Of a stretch of 64,000 bases of DNA, positions 55,044-64,000 are shown in pieces. Origin of the DNA: a candidate division CPR2 bacterium GW2011_GWC2_39_10. GTDB taxonomy: Bacteria > Patescibacteriota > CPR2. The stretch's first letter is position 1. Each line of letters opens with the position of its first letter. A program made the position numbers and the translations under genes. The stretch is from contig LBVV01000007.1 of assembly GCA_000993275.1 (NCBI GenBank), positions 57,290 through 121,289 on the forward strand, given 5' to 3'. The notes beneath the pieces were generated by a model that made no database searches, was not told the origin of the DNA, and worked only from the letters and a program-made list of their open reading frames with translations.

Positions 55044-55625
55044 ATGGAAACATGCTTTTGTGGTAAACGCATAATGTTGGTTAGCGATAGAGGCTTTAGC
55101 CCAGTTGAAAACAATACAACAGTATTGCCTTCAGTGGAAATGTATCAATTACTAATTAAAACTGTTAAAGAAGAATTTGAAAATATCACCGAAAATAAAG
55201 ACAAGGAATTGGTTCGAAGGCTCATTTCAAAAGACATAGGAAAAATGGCAACCAATTTATGTAGTGTTTCCTTAAGTGATAAAAAAACTTTCTTTTTTCC
55301 TCTTCCAATGAGTTCTCACCGACGATTCGGGATGGATATAATGATTCAGCCCGAGATAAAACAAGAAGATATCGTTTTGGTTTTAACCACTAAAGAGGAT
55401 CTTGTTATTAAACAATATCCGGAAGCAAAAATTGTTATTGGATGCTCGAAAGATCCGAACGTAAATGAATTATCAGTATCCCGCAGGGGTTACGAAACTA
55501 AAACGCCGATTCTTATGATGACTTATGAATATGACATTATAAAAGAATGTCCGACTGCTTCCTGCTATCGCATAATTAAAAAAGACAATAATCGCTATGA
55601 AATTATTCCCGATGATTATTCCTAA
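55044..55625 (+). CDS. Hypothetical protein (Cys-containing, 193 aa)
   Basis: It is a stand-alone plus-strand gene between the minus-strand genes tgt and tmk. It has a strong RBS and its own terminator. N-terminal 'CFCGK' and C-terminal 'CPTASC' may form a zinc site. Confidence 0.5.
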   Translation: METCFCGKRIMLVSDRGFSPVENNTTVLPSVEMYQLLIKTVKEEFENITENKDKELVRRLISKDIGKMATNLCSVSLSDKKTFFFPLPMSSHRRFGMDIMIQPEIKQEDIVLVLTTKEDLVIKQYPEAKIVIGCSKDPNVNELSVSRRGYETKTPILMMTYEYDIIKECPTASCYRIIKKDNNRYEIIPDDYS

Positions 55626-55650
55626 CCTCAAGTTTGACTTGAGGTTTTTT
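55626..55650 (+). terminator. Rho-independent terminator
   Basis: cctcaagt-ttgac-ttgagg followed by tttttt. Confidence 0.65.
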
Positions 55651-56344
55651 AATCTACTTCAAAAACAGCTTCCGGGCTTAAACTTAAATCTAGTCCGAAA
55701 CAATCATTTACAACCCGCATAATAGATTCCGAAACAACTTCCTCTGATTCTTCGCCATTTACCACCTCTATATTGGGGATAACTCTGGAAGCAATTACTT
55801 CTTCATAAGCATTAAAGACTTTCCGAACGCTTTCCGTTTTATCAAAAATTTCTATTTGTTTATCTTTTCGAAGCCCAATACGCTTAACCGACACTTCCGG
55901 CGTAACTCTTAGATACAGTGTCATATCCGGTACAGGCAAAAGTCTGTGCCAGGATACAGCTTCATCAAGAGAACCTCCATAAGCTAACGTAAAAGCATAT
56001 GTTGAAAGTCTTTCTCTGTCACTTAAAATTATCGCCCCTCGCTTAAGAGCCGGAATAATTAATTTTGCCCAATGAATATATCTATCGGCAATATAAAGAG
56101 TCTGAAATTTAACCGCATCAAATTTTTCGCCAGGGTTAATTTCTTTTTCCTTTTCCTGCAGAATCCTTTTGATTCGCTGCCCTTCCGGACTTGCCGGATC
56201 GTCCCAAGGTTCGGTAGTAGATATTATTTCTTTGCCGGGGTATAAAGTTTCCAGTCTTTTTTTAAGTACTTCAATTTGAGTCCCCTTGCCAGAGCCCTCA
56301 TTGCCCTCCAAAACAATAAATCTTCCCGGAAAAACTAGCTCCAA
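55649..56344 (-). CDS. tmk: Thymidylate kinase
   Basis: 'FIVLEGNEGSGKGTQ' P-loop and a 'DRY'-like 'ADRY' motif. 231 aa. Confidence 0.85.
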   Translation of the reverse strand: MELVFPGRFIVLEGNEGSGKGTQIEVLKKRLETLYPGKEIISTTEPWDDPASPEGQRIKRILQEKEKEINPGEKFDAVKFQTLYIADRYIHWAKLIIPALKRGAIILSDRERLSTYAFTLAYGGSLDEAVSWHRLLPVPDMTLYLRVTPEVSVKRIGLRKDKQIEIFDKTESVRKVFNAYEEVIASRVIPNIEVVNGEESEEVVSESIMRVVNDCFGLDLSLSPEAVFEVD

Positions 56345-56354
56345 AACGCCGCTC

Positions 56355-57479
56355 CTAATTAATTGACCATTGATATTTTAAAGACGGCTTAGCATCCTGA
56401 GCCTTCTTTAGGTCTAAATTAACTCCCAACAAATTTATGTTTGTTTTAAATTGAAGAAACTTTTCAGATAATGACACGGGTCTAGAATATTCAACCACCG
56501 TATAATCAGTAATTTGCGACAATTTGGCCGCTTCTTTTATGGCATCATCAAGACCGCCAAGTTCGTCAACCAAGCCATTTTCTTTGGCTTGCTTGCCGGA
56601 ATAAATCCTGCCATCGGCAATTTTTTGAATAGATGGCTTGTCTTTGCCTCTGCCTTCAGCAACAATTGTCACAAACTGATCATACGCATCATTAATCATA
56701 TTTTGAAACAAAGCCTTTTCCTCATCTGTTAATGCTCTAGACGAAGAACCCATGTCTTTTAATTTGCCCGACTTTATAATTATTTCTTTATAACCAATTT
56801 TCTCAAATAGACCTTCGTAGTTTGGCAGCGACATAATTACGCCAATGCTACCGGTCCAAGTTGTCGGCAAGGCATAAATTTTATCGGCCGGCGCCGCAAC
56901 CAAATATCCGCCGGATGCTGCCATATCTCCCATTGAAACTACTACCGGCTTGTTATTAAGCTTTAACGCCTTAACCCACTTATAAATTTCAAACGAAGGA
57001 TTGACGCCTCCGCCGGGAGAATTGACGCTTAGAACTACAGCTTTAACGTTTTTATCTTCATGAGCTTTTTTTAATTCATTAGAAATGATTGCTGAAACGG
57101 CACCATTACTCATATCCAAAGCACTGGAAGATTCTATAATTTCTCCCGCAATGTTAATTACGACAATTTTATCCCTACCCGTCCCTTCGGTCTGGGTTTC
57201 GACAATTTTGTTTGTGGATTCGGGCTCGTTAGAATTATCGGTTAGCACCGAAAAGATTACAATGAAAGAAACAGCAAAAAAAATGAAAATAAAACAACCG
57301 AAACTTAAACCCGAGCCCCATTTAAAAGCCTTGCCAAATTCACCGGCACTCTTTTTAATTTTCGGTAGTTTAGGCACATCAACCGCTTGATTTTTACCGA
57401 CCTCGTTGTTGCCATTATTATTTTGACTACCCGGCGTAAGAGGGCTTGGTGCGGGCGGTTTTGGTATTATTGTATCCAT
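56355..57479 (-). CDS. sppA: Signal peptide peptidase SppA (S49)
   Basis: N-terminal TM helix, catalytic Ser region 'GDMAASGGYLVAAPADKIYA', and a Lys region. 374 aa. Confidence 0.85.
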   Translation of the reverse strand: MDTIIPKPPAPSPLTPGSQNNNGNNEVGKNQAVDVPKLPKIKKSAGEFGKAFKWGSGLSFGCFIFIFFAVSFIVIFSVLTDNSNEPESTNKIVETQTEGTGRDKIVVINIAGEIIESSSALDMSNGAVSAIISNELKKAHEDKNVKAVVLSVNSPGGGVNPSFEIYKWVKALKLNNKPVVVSMGDMAASGGYLVAAPADKIYALPTTWTGSIGVIMSLPNYEGLFEKIGYKEIIIKSGKLKDMGSSSRALTDEEKALFQNMINDAYDQFVTIVAEGRGKDKPSIQKIADGRIYSGKQAKENGLVDELGGLDDAIKEAAKLSQITDYTVVEYSRPVSLSEKFLQFKTNINLLGVNLDLKKAQDAKPSLKYQWSIN

Positions 57480-57554
57480 CTTATATAATTGTAAACTGCC
57501 AAGTTAATAGTAGCAAGATAAATTATAATTTTTTCAGCATAAAATGAACATTTT

Positions 57555-58601
57555 TTGCTACTATTTGAATTATTGACGAATATGTTGTACATTGGTTTTG
57601 TTATGGGCATAAGTAAAATTAGAAAGAACAAAATATTCTCAATCATCACTATTCTCGTTTTCGGAATCGGGCTGGGTTTTATTATGGGGATTAACTCCAA
57701 CTTAAATCAAAAAGACAATCTGATGCGTAGCCTGCGCCTGGAAGGATATAATTTCATAAGACCACTACTTGCCTGCGAAACAGAAACAGCAATTACTTCA
57801 GAAAAAACGGATATTCTAAAAAAAAATATTGAAGAATATATTAGCTCCGAAAAATCAAAGGGTAATATCGGCAATGCATCGGTTTATATAAGAAACTATA
57901 AGGATGGCAGCAGTATAAACATTAATAGTGAAGAAGAATATTACCCAGCAAGCTTAAACAAAATACCGGTCATGATAGCAACTCTGCAAATGGCCCAAAC
58001 CGACAAAAATTTTCTGGGTAAAAAAATTGTTTATAAGGATACAACCGACTACAACAAAGGCATCGAAATTCAACCGGAAAAGTTCTTAAAACTCGGGGAA
58101 ACATATTCAATCGCTGAAGCTATTGAATATATGATAAAATACTCGGACAATAATGCCTTTGTTTTTCTTACTCAAAATGTAGACATTAATCATTATAAAA
58201 AAATATTCAGCGATTTGAAAATCCCATACAGCGCAGATACAAAAGACCATGAGGATTATATAACCGTAAAAGATTTTTCATATTCGCTGCGAGTGTTGTT
58301 TAATGCAACTTATTTAAACAAAGAGTTATCTGAAAAAGCCTTAGAAATATTGAGTGAAGTAAACTATAAAGACGCCCTTGTGGCCAGCCTTCCGAAAGAT
58401 ATTCAAGTTTCGCATAAATTCGGCATTACTACTACAAATAAGGGCGGCGTATCAAAAGAAGAGCTTCATGACTGCGGAATTGTCTACACAGATACCCCCT
58501 ATTTAATTTGCGTTATGACAAAAGGCAATATTAATATACAAAATCCGCAAAACCTCATTAAAAATATATCCGCAATGGCTTATAACCAGCTAAGCTATTA
58601 A
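57555..58601 (+). CDS. Class-A beta-lactamase-like serine hydrolase (membrane-anchored)
   Basis: N-terminal TM helix. SxxK motif 'PASLNKIPV', SDN motif 'YSDNNAF', and a KxG-like 'HKFGIT'. 348 aa. The function (beta-lactamase versus PBP-like) is unresolved. Confidence 0.55.
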   Translation: MLLFELLTNMLYIGFVMGISKIRKNKIFSIITILVFGIGLGFIMGINSNLNQKDNLMRSLRLEGYNFIRPLLACETETAITSEKTDILKKNIEEYISSEKSKGNIGNASVYIRNYKDGSSININSEEEYYPASLNKIPVMIATLQMAQTDKNFLGKKIVYKDTTDYNKGIEIQPEKFLKLGETYSIAEAIEYMIKYSDNNAFVFLTQNVDINHYKKIFSDLKIPYSADTKDHEDYITVKDFSYSLRVLFNATYLNKELSEKALEILSEVNYKDALVASLPKDIQVSHKFGITTTNKGGVSKEELHDCGIVYTDTPYLICVMTKGNINIQNPQNLIKNISAMAYNQLSY

Positions 58602-58612
58602 AGTTAAATATT

Positions 58613-58643
58613 AAAAAAGAGCCCGGGTTAGGGCTCTTTTTTG
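58613..58643. terminator. Bidirectional terminator between the bla-like gene and rplL
   Basis: aaaaaagagccc-gggtta-gggctctttttt is symmetric, with A-run / T-run flanks. Confidence 0.65.
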
Positions 58644-58656
58644 TCGTAAAAATAAT

Positions 58657-59070
58657 TTACTTAAGTTCTACGGTAGCGCCAGCTTCTTCAAGCTTAGCTT
58701 TTGCTGCTGCAGCATCGTCCTTGGAGGCATTTTCCTTGACGGTCTTTGGTGCACCGTCAACCAAATCTTTAGCTTCCTTAAGACCTAAGCTTGGACTAAT
58801 CTCTCTTACGGCCTTGATAACGGAAATTTTGTTGGCACCAGCGGATGTTAGAACAACATTAAAGCTGGTTTTTTCTTCTGCAGCTTCAGCAGCTTCGCCA
58901 GCACCTTGTGCCGGACCAGCAACAACTGCAGCCGGAGCAGCAGAAACGCCGAATTTGTCTTCTAAAATTTTGACGAGCTCGGATAATTCCAAAACAGACA
59001 TTTCTTCGACCTGCTTTACAAGATCCGCAAATTTTTTAGGAACTTCTACTTTTTTAGTTTCTTCAGACAT
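58657..59070 (-). CDS. rplL: 50S ribosomal protein L7/L12
   Basis: Ala-rich hinge '[23 protein letters not shown]' and the C-terminal domain '[29 protein letters not shown]'. Confidence 0.9.
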   Translation of the reverse strand: MSEETKKVEVPKKFADLVKQVEEMSVLELSELVKILEDKFGVSAAPAAVVAGPAQGAGEAAEAAEEKTSFNVVLTSAGANKISVIKAVREISPSLGLKEAKDLVDGAPKTVKENASKDDAAAAKAKLEEAGATVELK

Positions 59071-59124
59071 GTTTTTTCTCCTTTTGGTTTAGTTAACCGA
59101 TTAACTACTTAACTATTTACCTAT

Positions 59125-59652
59125 TTAACTTTTACTATTACTTATTGCATTTAATACATAAACGATTGACCTTAAGTTGGCATGTAAAACGTTAGCAAAG
59201 TTCTGTACCGGAGCATTAATGGAACCAAGCATTCTTGAAAGTAATTGCTCTCTTGATGGTAGTATTGCCAAATTTTTAACTTCGGCAGCGGTTAGATTTT
59301 TTCCCTCTAACATACCTCCTAAAATTTCCAACTTACCGTTTTTCTTCGCAAAACTAAATACGTCTTTTGCGGGGGCAATTTCGTCGGTGTAGCCAAATGC
59401 TATGGCAAAAGGCTTCCCTTCGAACGCCGTTACATCTAAATCCTTAAGACAGGCCTCTTTAGCGGCCCTTTCGAGCAATGTAATTTTCACTACCTTAAAT
59501 TCGTTGCCGCCTTTTTTGAATTGATTTCTGATCTCAGACATCTCTTCCATCTTAAGACCCGCATAACTTGTGCCAACGAAAGACTTTGATTTTTGCAATT
59601 TTTCTGCAAGCTCGGAAACTAAGGCTTCTTTTTTCTCTTTAGTTATTGCCAT
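59125..59652 (-). CDS. rplJ: 50S ribosomal protein L10
   Basis: 'KEKKEALVSELAEKL', 175 aa, immediately upstream of rplL. Confidence 0.9.
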   Translation of the reverse strand: MAITKEKKEALVSELAEKLQKSKSFVGTSYAGLKMEEMSEIRNQFKKGGNEFKVVKITLLERAAKEACLKDLDVTAFEGKPFAIAFGYTDEIAPAKDVFSFAKKNGKLEILGGMLEGKNLTAAEVKNLAILPSREQLLSRMLGSINAPVQNFANVLHANLRSIVYVLNAISNSKS

Positions 59653-59829
59653 ATTTCTCCTCTCCGGCAGTCACCGGATAAATTATTAAAAAATCTTTGG
59701 TTAAACCAAAGACAATTAAGGATCTATCTAACCTCGGCAAGATATTTACTTCGGCATTACCCGAAACTTGCTGTCTTTGGTATATTCACTTGACTATAAA
59801 ATTTTAGCAAAAAAAAGTTACTTTGTCAA

Positions 59830-60921
59830 TTAATTTGTGGGCTCAAAGGAAGCAATCATAGCTCGAACATTATCGCGACTACCTTCAAAATCTAATTGAT
59901 CGGCACCGTACATAAGCATATATGCCTTTGATCCAACAACAGTATAAGCCAACAATGCTTTTCCACTACTTTTACCGTCAGACATAGAAAAAATCATTTG
60001 TTTGGCTTTCTTACAACCCATTTTAATATCTTCTTTTTTCTCTAGCTTATAACCTTCAATAGCCGTGGCAAAGGAAGCTGTAATTTCCGCTTCAGCTTTA
60101 TCTAAATCTTTGCTATCCCCCGCTTTTAAATCTGAAGTCATAACCATAACAATAGGAAATGGGAAAGATTTTGAGGATTCTGCTGAAGCGGCAGAAAAAT
60201 TACTACCTGATGCAAACATAATCATTTTTGCTTTAGAACTACCAACTTCAACATATTCCCAATTTCTTGGATAACCAATTTTAATGCCAGAGCTAGAACT
60301 TTCATATTGCCTTTGATCACTTGACAAATTAACACCGCAAAAAAGAGAAAAACCGTCTGCTTTTTGAAAACCAAAAAAGCCAAGACCGACAAAGACAACG
60401 ATTGCAAAACCAATAGCAATGCTTCTACCAAATTTCTTATCACCCCGCTGGGCGTCCAGCATTGCTTCCTGAGTCATAATTTGATCCTGCGACCTGGGAG
60501 ACGGATAAAGATCCTGATTGCCGTACCCAAGCGAGCCGGAAGCACCCACTGAAGGGGCGTTTGGCACCGAAGCATTAGAAGAACTTGCGTTCACATCAGG
60601 AATTTTAGGGTATTCGGCCGGCCCCAAAGAATTAGTAAAACTTTGTGTAATGACATTATTTTGCGGCGTGCTACTTGACGTTTGTGCGCTTGCCGAAATA
60701 TTGCCGTGGATTGTTTCTAACGTATGGTTGGCGTCGTTATCATAAAGGTTTTGAGGCATAACAGAATTTGACGCACCGCTTAAAACATTAACCGCTTCGT
60801 CAATTTCGTTTTCAGGATAGCCGGAACCCAAAAGCGCTGCTTTTAGCTCTTCTACATTATATTGATCTTTATTTTGAGTTAAATAAGTTAGTATTTGCTG
60901 GTTAGCCAACGACCCCTCCAT
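59830..60921 (-). CDS. Hypothetical membrane protein (Ser/Asn-rich linker, single TM helix, C-terminal extracytoplasmic domain)
   Basis: 363-aa ORF with the TM helix 'IAIGFAIVVFVGLGFFGF' and a low-complexity N-terminal half. Confidence 0.4.
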   Translation of the reverse strand: MEGSLANQQILTYLTQNKDQYNVEELKAALLGSGYPENEIDEAVNVLSGASNSVMPQNLYDNDANHTLETIHGNISASAQTSSSTPQNNVITQSFTNSLGPAEYPKIPDVNASSSNASVPNAPSVGASGSLGYGNQDLYPSPRSQDQIMTQEAMLDAQRGDKKFGRSIAIGFAIVVFVGLGFFGFQKADGFSLFCGVNLSSDQRQYESSSSGIKIGYPRNWEYVEVGSSKAKMIMFASGSNFSAASAESSKSFPFPIVMVMTSDLKAGDSKDLDKAEAEITASFATAIEGYKLEKKEDIKMGCKKAKQMIFSMSDGKSSGKALLAYTVVGSKAYMLMYGADQLDFEGSRDNVRAMIASFEPTN

Positions 60922-60964
60922 GTCCTCTAAGAAGCATATATTTTTACGGTAATTTATGCAATAC

Positions 60965-61789
60965 TTATGCTTCCTTATAAGCTTGAATGACGTTTTTCAT
61001 TAACGAAACAACTGTAACCGGCCCAACTCCCCCGGGTACAGGAGTAACGGCAGCGGCTCTTTTTTTGGCTTCTTTAAAATCAACATCACCTACTAATCTG
61101 TTGCCAACTTTATTAACGCCAACGTCTATAATAACCGAACCGTCTTTTATCATATCCGCCGTAATTAAATTTGGTTGTCCGGCAGCGCTAATTAAAATAT
61201 CCGCCCTCTTGCAAAGAAATGCCAAGTCCTCGGTTTTTTCATGACAAATAATAACGGTAGCATCAAGGTTAAGAAGAATATTAGCCGTTGGTTTTCCTAC
61301 TAAATTACTTTTTCCTACAATTGTAACAAGACGTCCGGTTGGATTAATTTCGTAATAATCCAAGATCTCAATTATGGCCATTGCCGTGGCCGGATATAAA
61401 GAATTTTTTCCCATAAACATTTTGCCTAAATTTAGAGCAGTCAAGCCATCTACGTCTTTTTTGGGAGAAATACTTTGAGTTATGCGATATTCATCGAAAT
61501 GAGTTGGGAGAGGCAACTGAACTAAAATTCCCGAAACCTCTTGGTCATTATTTAAAATTTCAATCCGAGAAATTATATCGGCTTCATCAATGTCTTGAGA
61601 AAATTTAAACAATTCAAAATCGATACCGATTGCTTTAGCCGTTTCTTCTTTAATCTTAACGTAAGATTCGGATGCCGGATTATCGCCAATTAAAATAACG
61701 GCAAGCTTCGGCTTAGAAGCCAACCATTTTAGTTCTTTTTTCAAGTTCTCATAAATAGAACTAGCAACCTTTTGCCCATCAAGAATCAT
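60965..61789 (-). CDS. folD: Bifunctional methylene-THF dehydrogenase/cyclohydrolase
   Basis: 'LAVILIGDNPASESYV', 'ILVQLPLP', 'VIGKSNLVGKP'. 274 aa. Confidence 0.9.
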   Translation of the reverse strand: MILDGQKVASSIYENLKKELKWLASKPKLAVILIGDNPASESYVKIKEETAKAIGIDFELFKFSQDIDEADIISRIEILNNDQEVSGILVQLPLPTHFDEYRITQSISPKKDVDGLTALNLGKMFMGKNSLYPATAMAIIEILDYYEINPTGRLVTIVGKSNLVGKPTANILLNLDATVIICHEKTEDLAFLCKRADILISAAGQPNLITADMIKDGSVIIDVGVNKVGNRLVGDVDFKEAKKRAAAVTPVPGGVGPVTVVSLMKNVIQAYKEA

Positions 61790-61822
61790 TTATAATTTCC
61801 GTTAACCAGAACCTATAATACG

Positions 61823-63163
61823 CTATTTTTCTTTATTTTTCAACTTGATTTGATGCTCTTTTTCTTTAAAGGAGATATCTTGCTTGCCTCGCCTTATGTC
61901 CCAATCATCCGGGTCTAAGTCGCTATGCAAGGTTAACTCCGGTAGAACTTTTGCCAAAGCATCATTCATTTTTAAAGCCACTACTCTTAGAGCCGGATGA
62001 ACGGTTTTTCCACTCCGAAGCTCTGTTACATAAACGGCCGCCATAAGACCATAAGTCACACGGCATGCCACATTAAAACCCATGGCAATGTAATATTGTT
62101 TTTCTTCCTTCGATGCATTTAGTTCTTCAACTGCAAATTTTTGCTTACTAATTAATTTTTCGGCTTGTTTTTTTAGATTTTCCGGCAGCTGACTTAAATA
62201 CCAATCGCTAAAACCAAGACCGGTAGTAAGTAGGGGCATTCGGCAGACGCCGTTTCGATGACGCTGAAGATCCCTAAAACAACCAAAATCTAATTTAAAT
62301 TCGAAAGTTATATTTCCAAACTCAGACAAAAATTGAGGCAAATTTGTTTTCGGCGGTCTATTTTTTAACAAATCTTTATATTTTTTCAAGCCATTTTTAT
62401 CTAAATTATCTATTAGTGAAAAATCCGGAAAACCTTCTGGATATTCAAAATAAGAATAGTTTTGAGAAGCATATTCCCGATATTTTTCGGTCTCCGGATA
62501 TAATTTATGACAAAAACTTTGCGGATATTTAACCTTTAATTTATCTATCATTTCCTTTGCAACGCCACTCACTTCTTCTAACGGATGATATTTAAGTAAC
62601 GAAAGCTTGTCGTAAGCTTGACGCAAATTGGTGTGCCAACTAAGCTGGGTGGCAATTCCGGCCGGCAAAAAACCTCTTAAGATATCAAAAGCCCGCGCCT
62701 TTAGCGCTTTTTCATAAACACTTTCTTTTTCATCTTTTTTGATTGGATATTTTTGGCGAAGATGCTCTTCAAGCAACGCAAAACTATTTAAGTAAAAATC
62801 CATCCAATTTACGAGAATTTTTTTAGAATCATGAGTGCTAACAGGATCAATAATTGGCTGCTTTGACATATCCACATATCTGGTGCTGGTTTCTTGACCG
62901 CTATATAAAGGCCAATCCTGAATTGCCTTATCAGCCAAAGTGCTTATACCTTCAATAAACAAGGTCGTACTTCCACAATCAGCGATACTGGAGTGCCCGT
63001 ATCCAACATAGAATTGCTCCATAAAATTGCCGGAACCTGTCTCTTGAACCTTTTTTACATGACTGGTCACACTCATTGGGCTTCTGGAATAAAGAGCCTG
63101 CAGCATTGCCGTATCTTGAGGACTAAACTCGTCATAAATAAAAACCTGCGCTTTTTTGCTCAT
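61823..63163 (-). CDS. ThyX-family-like protein (tandem or extended, divergent motifs); function uncertain
   Basis: The N-terminal half 'GHSSIADCGSTTLFIEGISTLADKAIQDWPLYSGQETSTRYV' parallels the ThyX core 'EHasvtF.iegiSRa..hql.RHR.aSysqeSqRYV', but RHR is replaced by QDW. A 'LQRHRNG' occurs in the C-terminal half. It sits between folD and glyA, the gene for the methylene-THF supplier. Confidence 0.4.
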   Translation of the reverse strand: MSKKAQVFIYDEFSPQDTAMLQALYSRSPMSVTSHVKKVQETGSGNFMEQFYVGYGHSSIADCGSTTLFIEGISTLADKAIQDWPLYSGQETSTRYVDMSKQPIIDPVSTHDSKKILVNWMDFYLNSFALLEEHLRQKYPIKKDEKESVYEKALKARAFDILRGFLPAGIATQLSWHTNLRQAYDKLSLLKYHPLEEVSGVAKEMIDKLKVKYPQSFCHKLYPETEKYREYASQNYSYFEYPEGFPDFSLIDNLDKNGLKKYKDLLKNRPPKTNLPQFLSEFGNITFEFKLDFGCFRDLQRHRNGVCRMPLLTTGLGFSDWYLSQLPENLKKQAEKLISKQKFAVEELNASKEEKQYYIAMGFNVACRVTYGLMAAVYVTELRSGKTVHPALRVVALKMNDALAKVLPELTLHSDLDPDDWDIRRGKQDISFKEKEHQIKLKNKEK

Positions 63164-64000
63164 TTTAACTCCCCTCCGGGAACAGGATATCTCAGGATCA
63201 TATCTTCAACCTCTGCCCTAACCCTTTTGGCAACTGCTTCGTCATTTAAGTTGTTTATAATTTCTAGGATCCAATGAGCGATTTTTATCATCTCATCTTC
63301 TTTCAGCCCTCTAGTCGTTACTGCTGCCGGACCGATTCTAATGCCGCTAGTCAAAATCATCGGTTGAGGATCATTGGGAATCGCGTTTTTATTAACAGTA
63401 ATTCTTACCCTATCAAGCGCATTCTGAACTTCTTTGCCGGTAACCAACTTATTTCTTAAGTCAATTACAGAAAGATGATTATCGGTGCCGCCGGTAACCA
63501 ACTCAATTCCGTCATCTAACGACAATTCTTCTGCCAAAGCCTTGGAGTTTTTAATAACTTGTTTTCCATATTCTTTAAATTCCGGCTTAAGGGCTTCACC
63601 AAAACAGACCGCTTTAGCGGCAATTATATGCTCTAAAGGGCCGCCCTGAATTCCCGGAAAGACTGCTCTGTCAATTTTTTGAGCCAACTCTGCCGTACTC
63701 ATAATAAAACCAGATCTAGGCCCCCGTAAGGTTTTATGAGTTGTAGAGGTTATAACATCCGCATGACCGACAGGCGTTGGATGCAAACCAACCGCCACCA
63801 AACCTGCGACGTGAGCTATATCTGCCACAAAATAAGCCCCAACTTTTTTAGCAATTTCCCCGAATATCTTAAAATCAATTATTCTGGGGTATGCAGTTGC
63901 GCCAGCAATAATTAACTTTGGTTTTTCTTTTACGGCAAGTTTTTCAATTTCGTCATAATCCAAAATGCCAGTTTTTTCATTAAGTTTATACGGCACAACA
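63160..64000 (-). CDS. glyA: Serine hydroxymethyltransferase, C-terminal part (5' end beyond the window)
   Basis: 'VTSTTHKTLRGPRSG' contains the PLP-binding Lys. There is a 4-nt overlap with the upstream gene. Confidence 0.85.
   Translation of the reverse strand, partial: VVPYKLNEKTGILDYDEIEKLAVKEKPKLIIAGATAYPRIIDFKIFGEIAKKVGAYFVADIAHVAGLVAVGLHPTPVGHADVITSTTHKTLRGPRSGFIMSTAELAQKIDRAVFPGIQGGPLEHIIAAKAVCFGEALKPEFKEYGKQVIKNSKALAEELSLDDGIELVTGGTDNHLSVIDLRNKLVTGKEVQNALDRVRITVNKNAIPNDPQPMILTSGIRIGPAAVTTRGLKEDEMIKIAHWILEIINNLNDEAVAKRVRAEVEDMILRYPVPGGELK

Noticed and set aside
1-64000. CRISPR arrays, rRNA genes, prophage or integrase genes
   Set aside because: There are no short direct repeats with regular spacers, no cas-like ORFs, no 16S/23S/5S-like sequence, and no integrase, recombinase or phage structural genes among the ORFs. 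The only mobile-element protein is the degraded IS66 transposase.

Overview
This window is AT-rich, gene-dense and looks like a reduced bacterial genome, possibly of Candidate-Phyla-Radiation type. Most of it is housekeeping: scpAB, rsuA-like, der, pth, dprA-topA, a partial dcw cluster, recO, cysS, recR-ybaB, dnaB-dnaX, tgt, tmk, sppA, rplJ-rplL, and folD-glyA flanking a ThyX-like gene.

Several accessory or unusual features stand out, all identified by eye from the sequence and the ORF track without tools:
- A perfect-consensus sigma70 promoter drives a sigma-70 region-4 + HARE-HTH fusion protein, followed by a membrane-anchored T4CP-like (VirD4/TraD/FtsK-HerA superfamily) ATPase that is split between Walker A and Walker B.
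- A roughly 155-bp MITE-like repeat with 13-17-bp terminal inverted repeats occurs three times.
- A second, roughly 80-115-bp GC-rich hairpin repeat family has two full copies plus fragments; one copy has rewritten the 3' end of an ABC-2 permease gene.
- A tRNA-Gln(UUG) gene whose last 15 nt are duplicated 840 bp away, bracketing a GNAT gene and adjoining an accessory stretch (SDR, degraded IS66-family transposase, SAM methyltransferase, three small ORFans).
- The dcw cluster lacks rsmH/murE/murF/murD. It has a 10-bp-phased array of MraZ-box-like repeats upstream of mraZ and an inverted-repeat-flanked insert in the place of rsmH.
- A lexA-dinB SOS module with a perfect Cheo-type LexA box overlapping a consensus -35.
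- A GtrA / GT2 / two GT-C glycosylation cluster.
- A histidine kinase with two single-domain response regulators flanking rhomboid and site-2-protease genes.

No CRISPR array, rRNA or prophage was seen.
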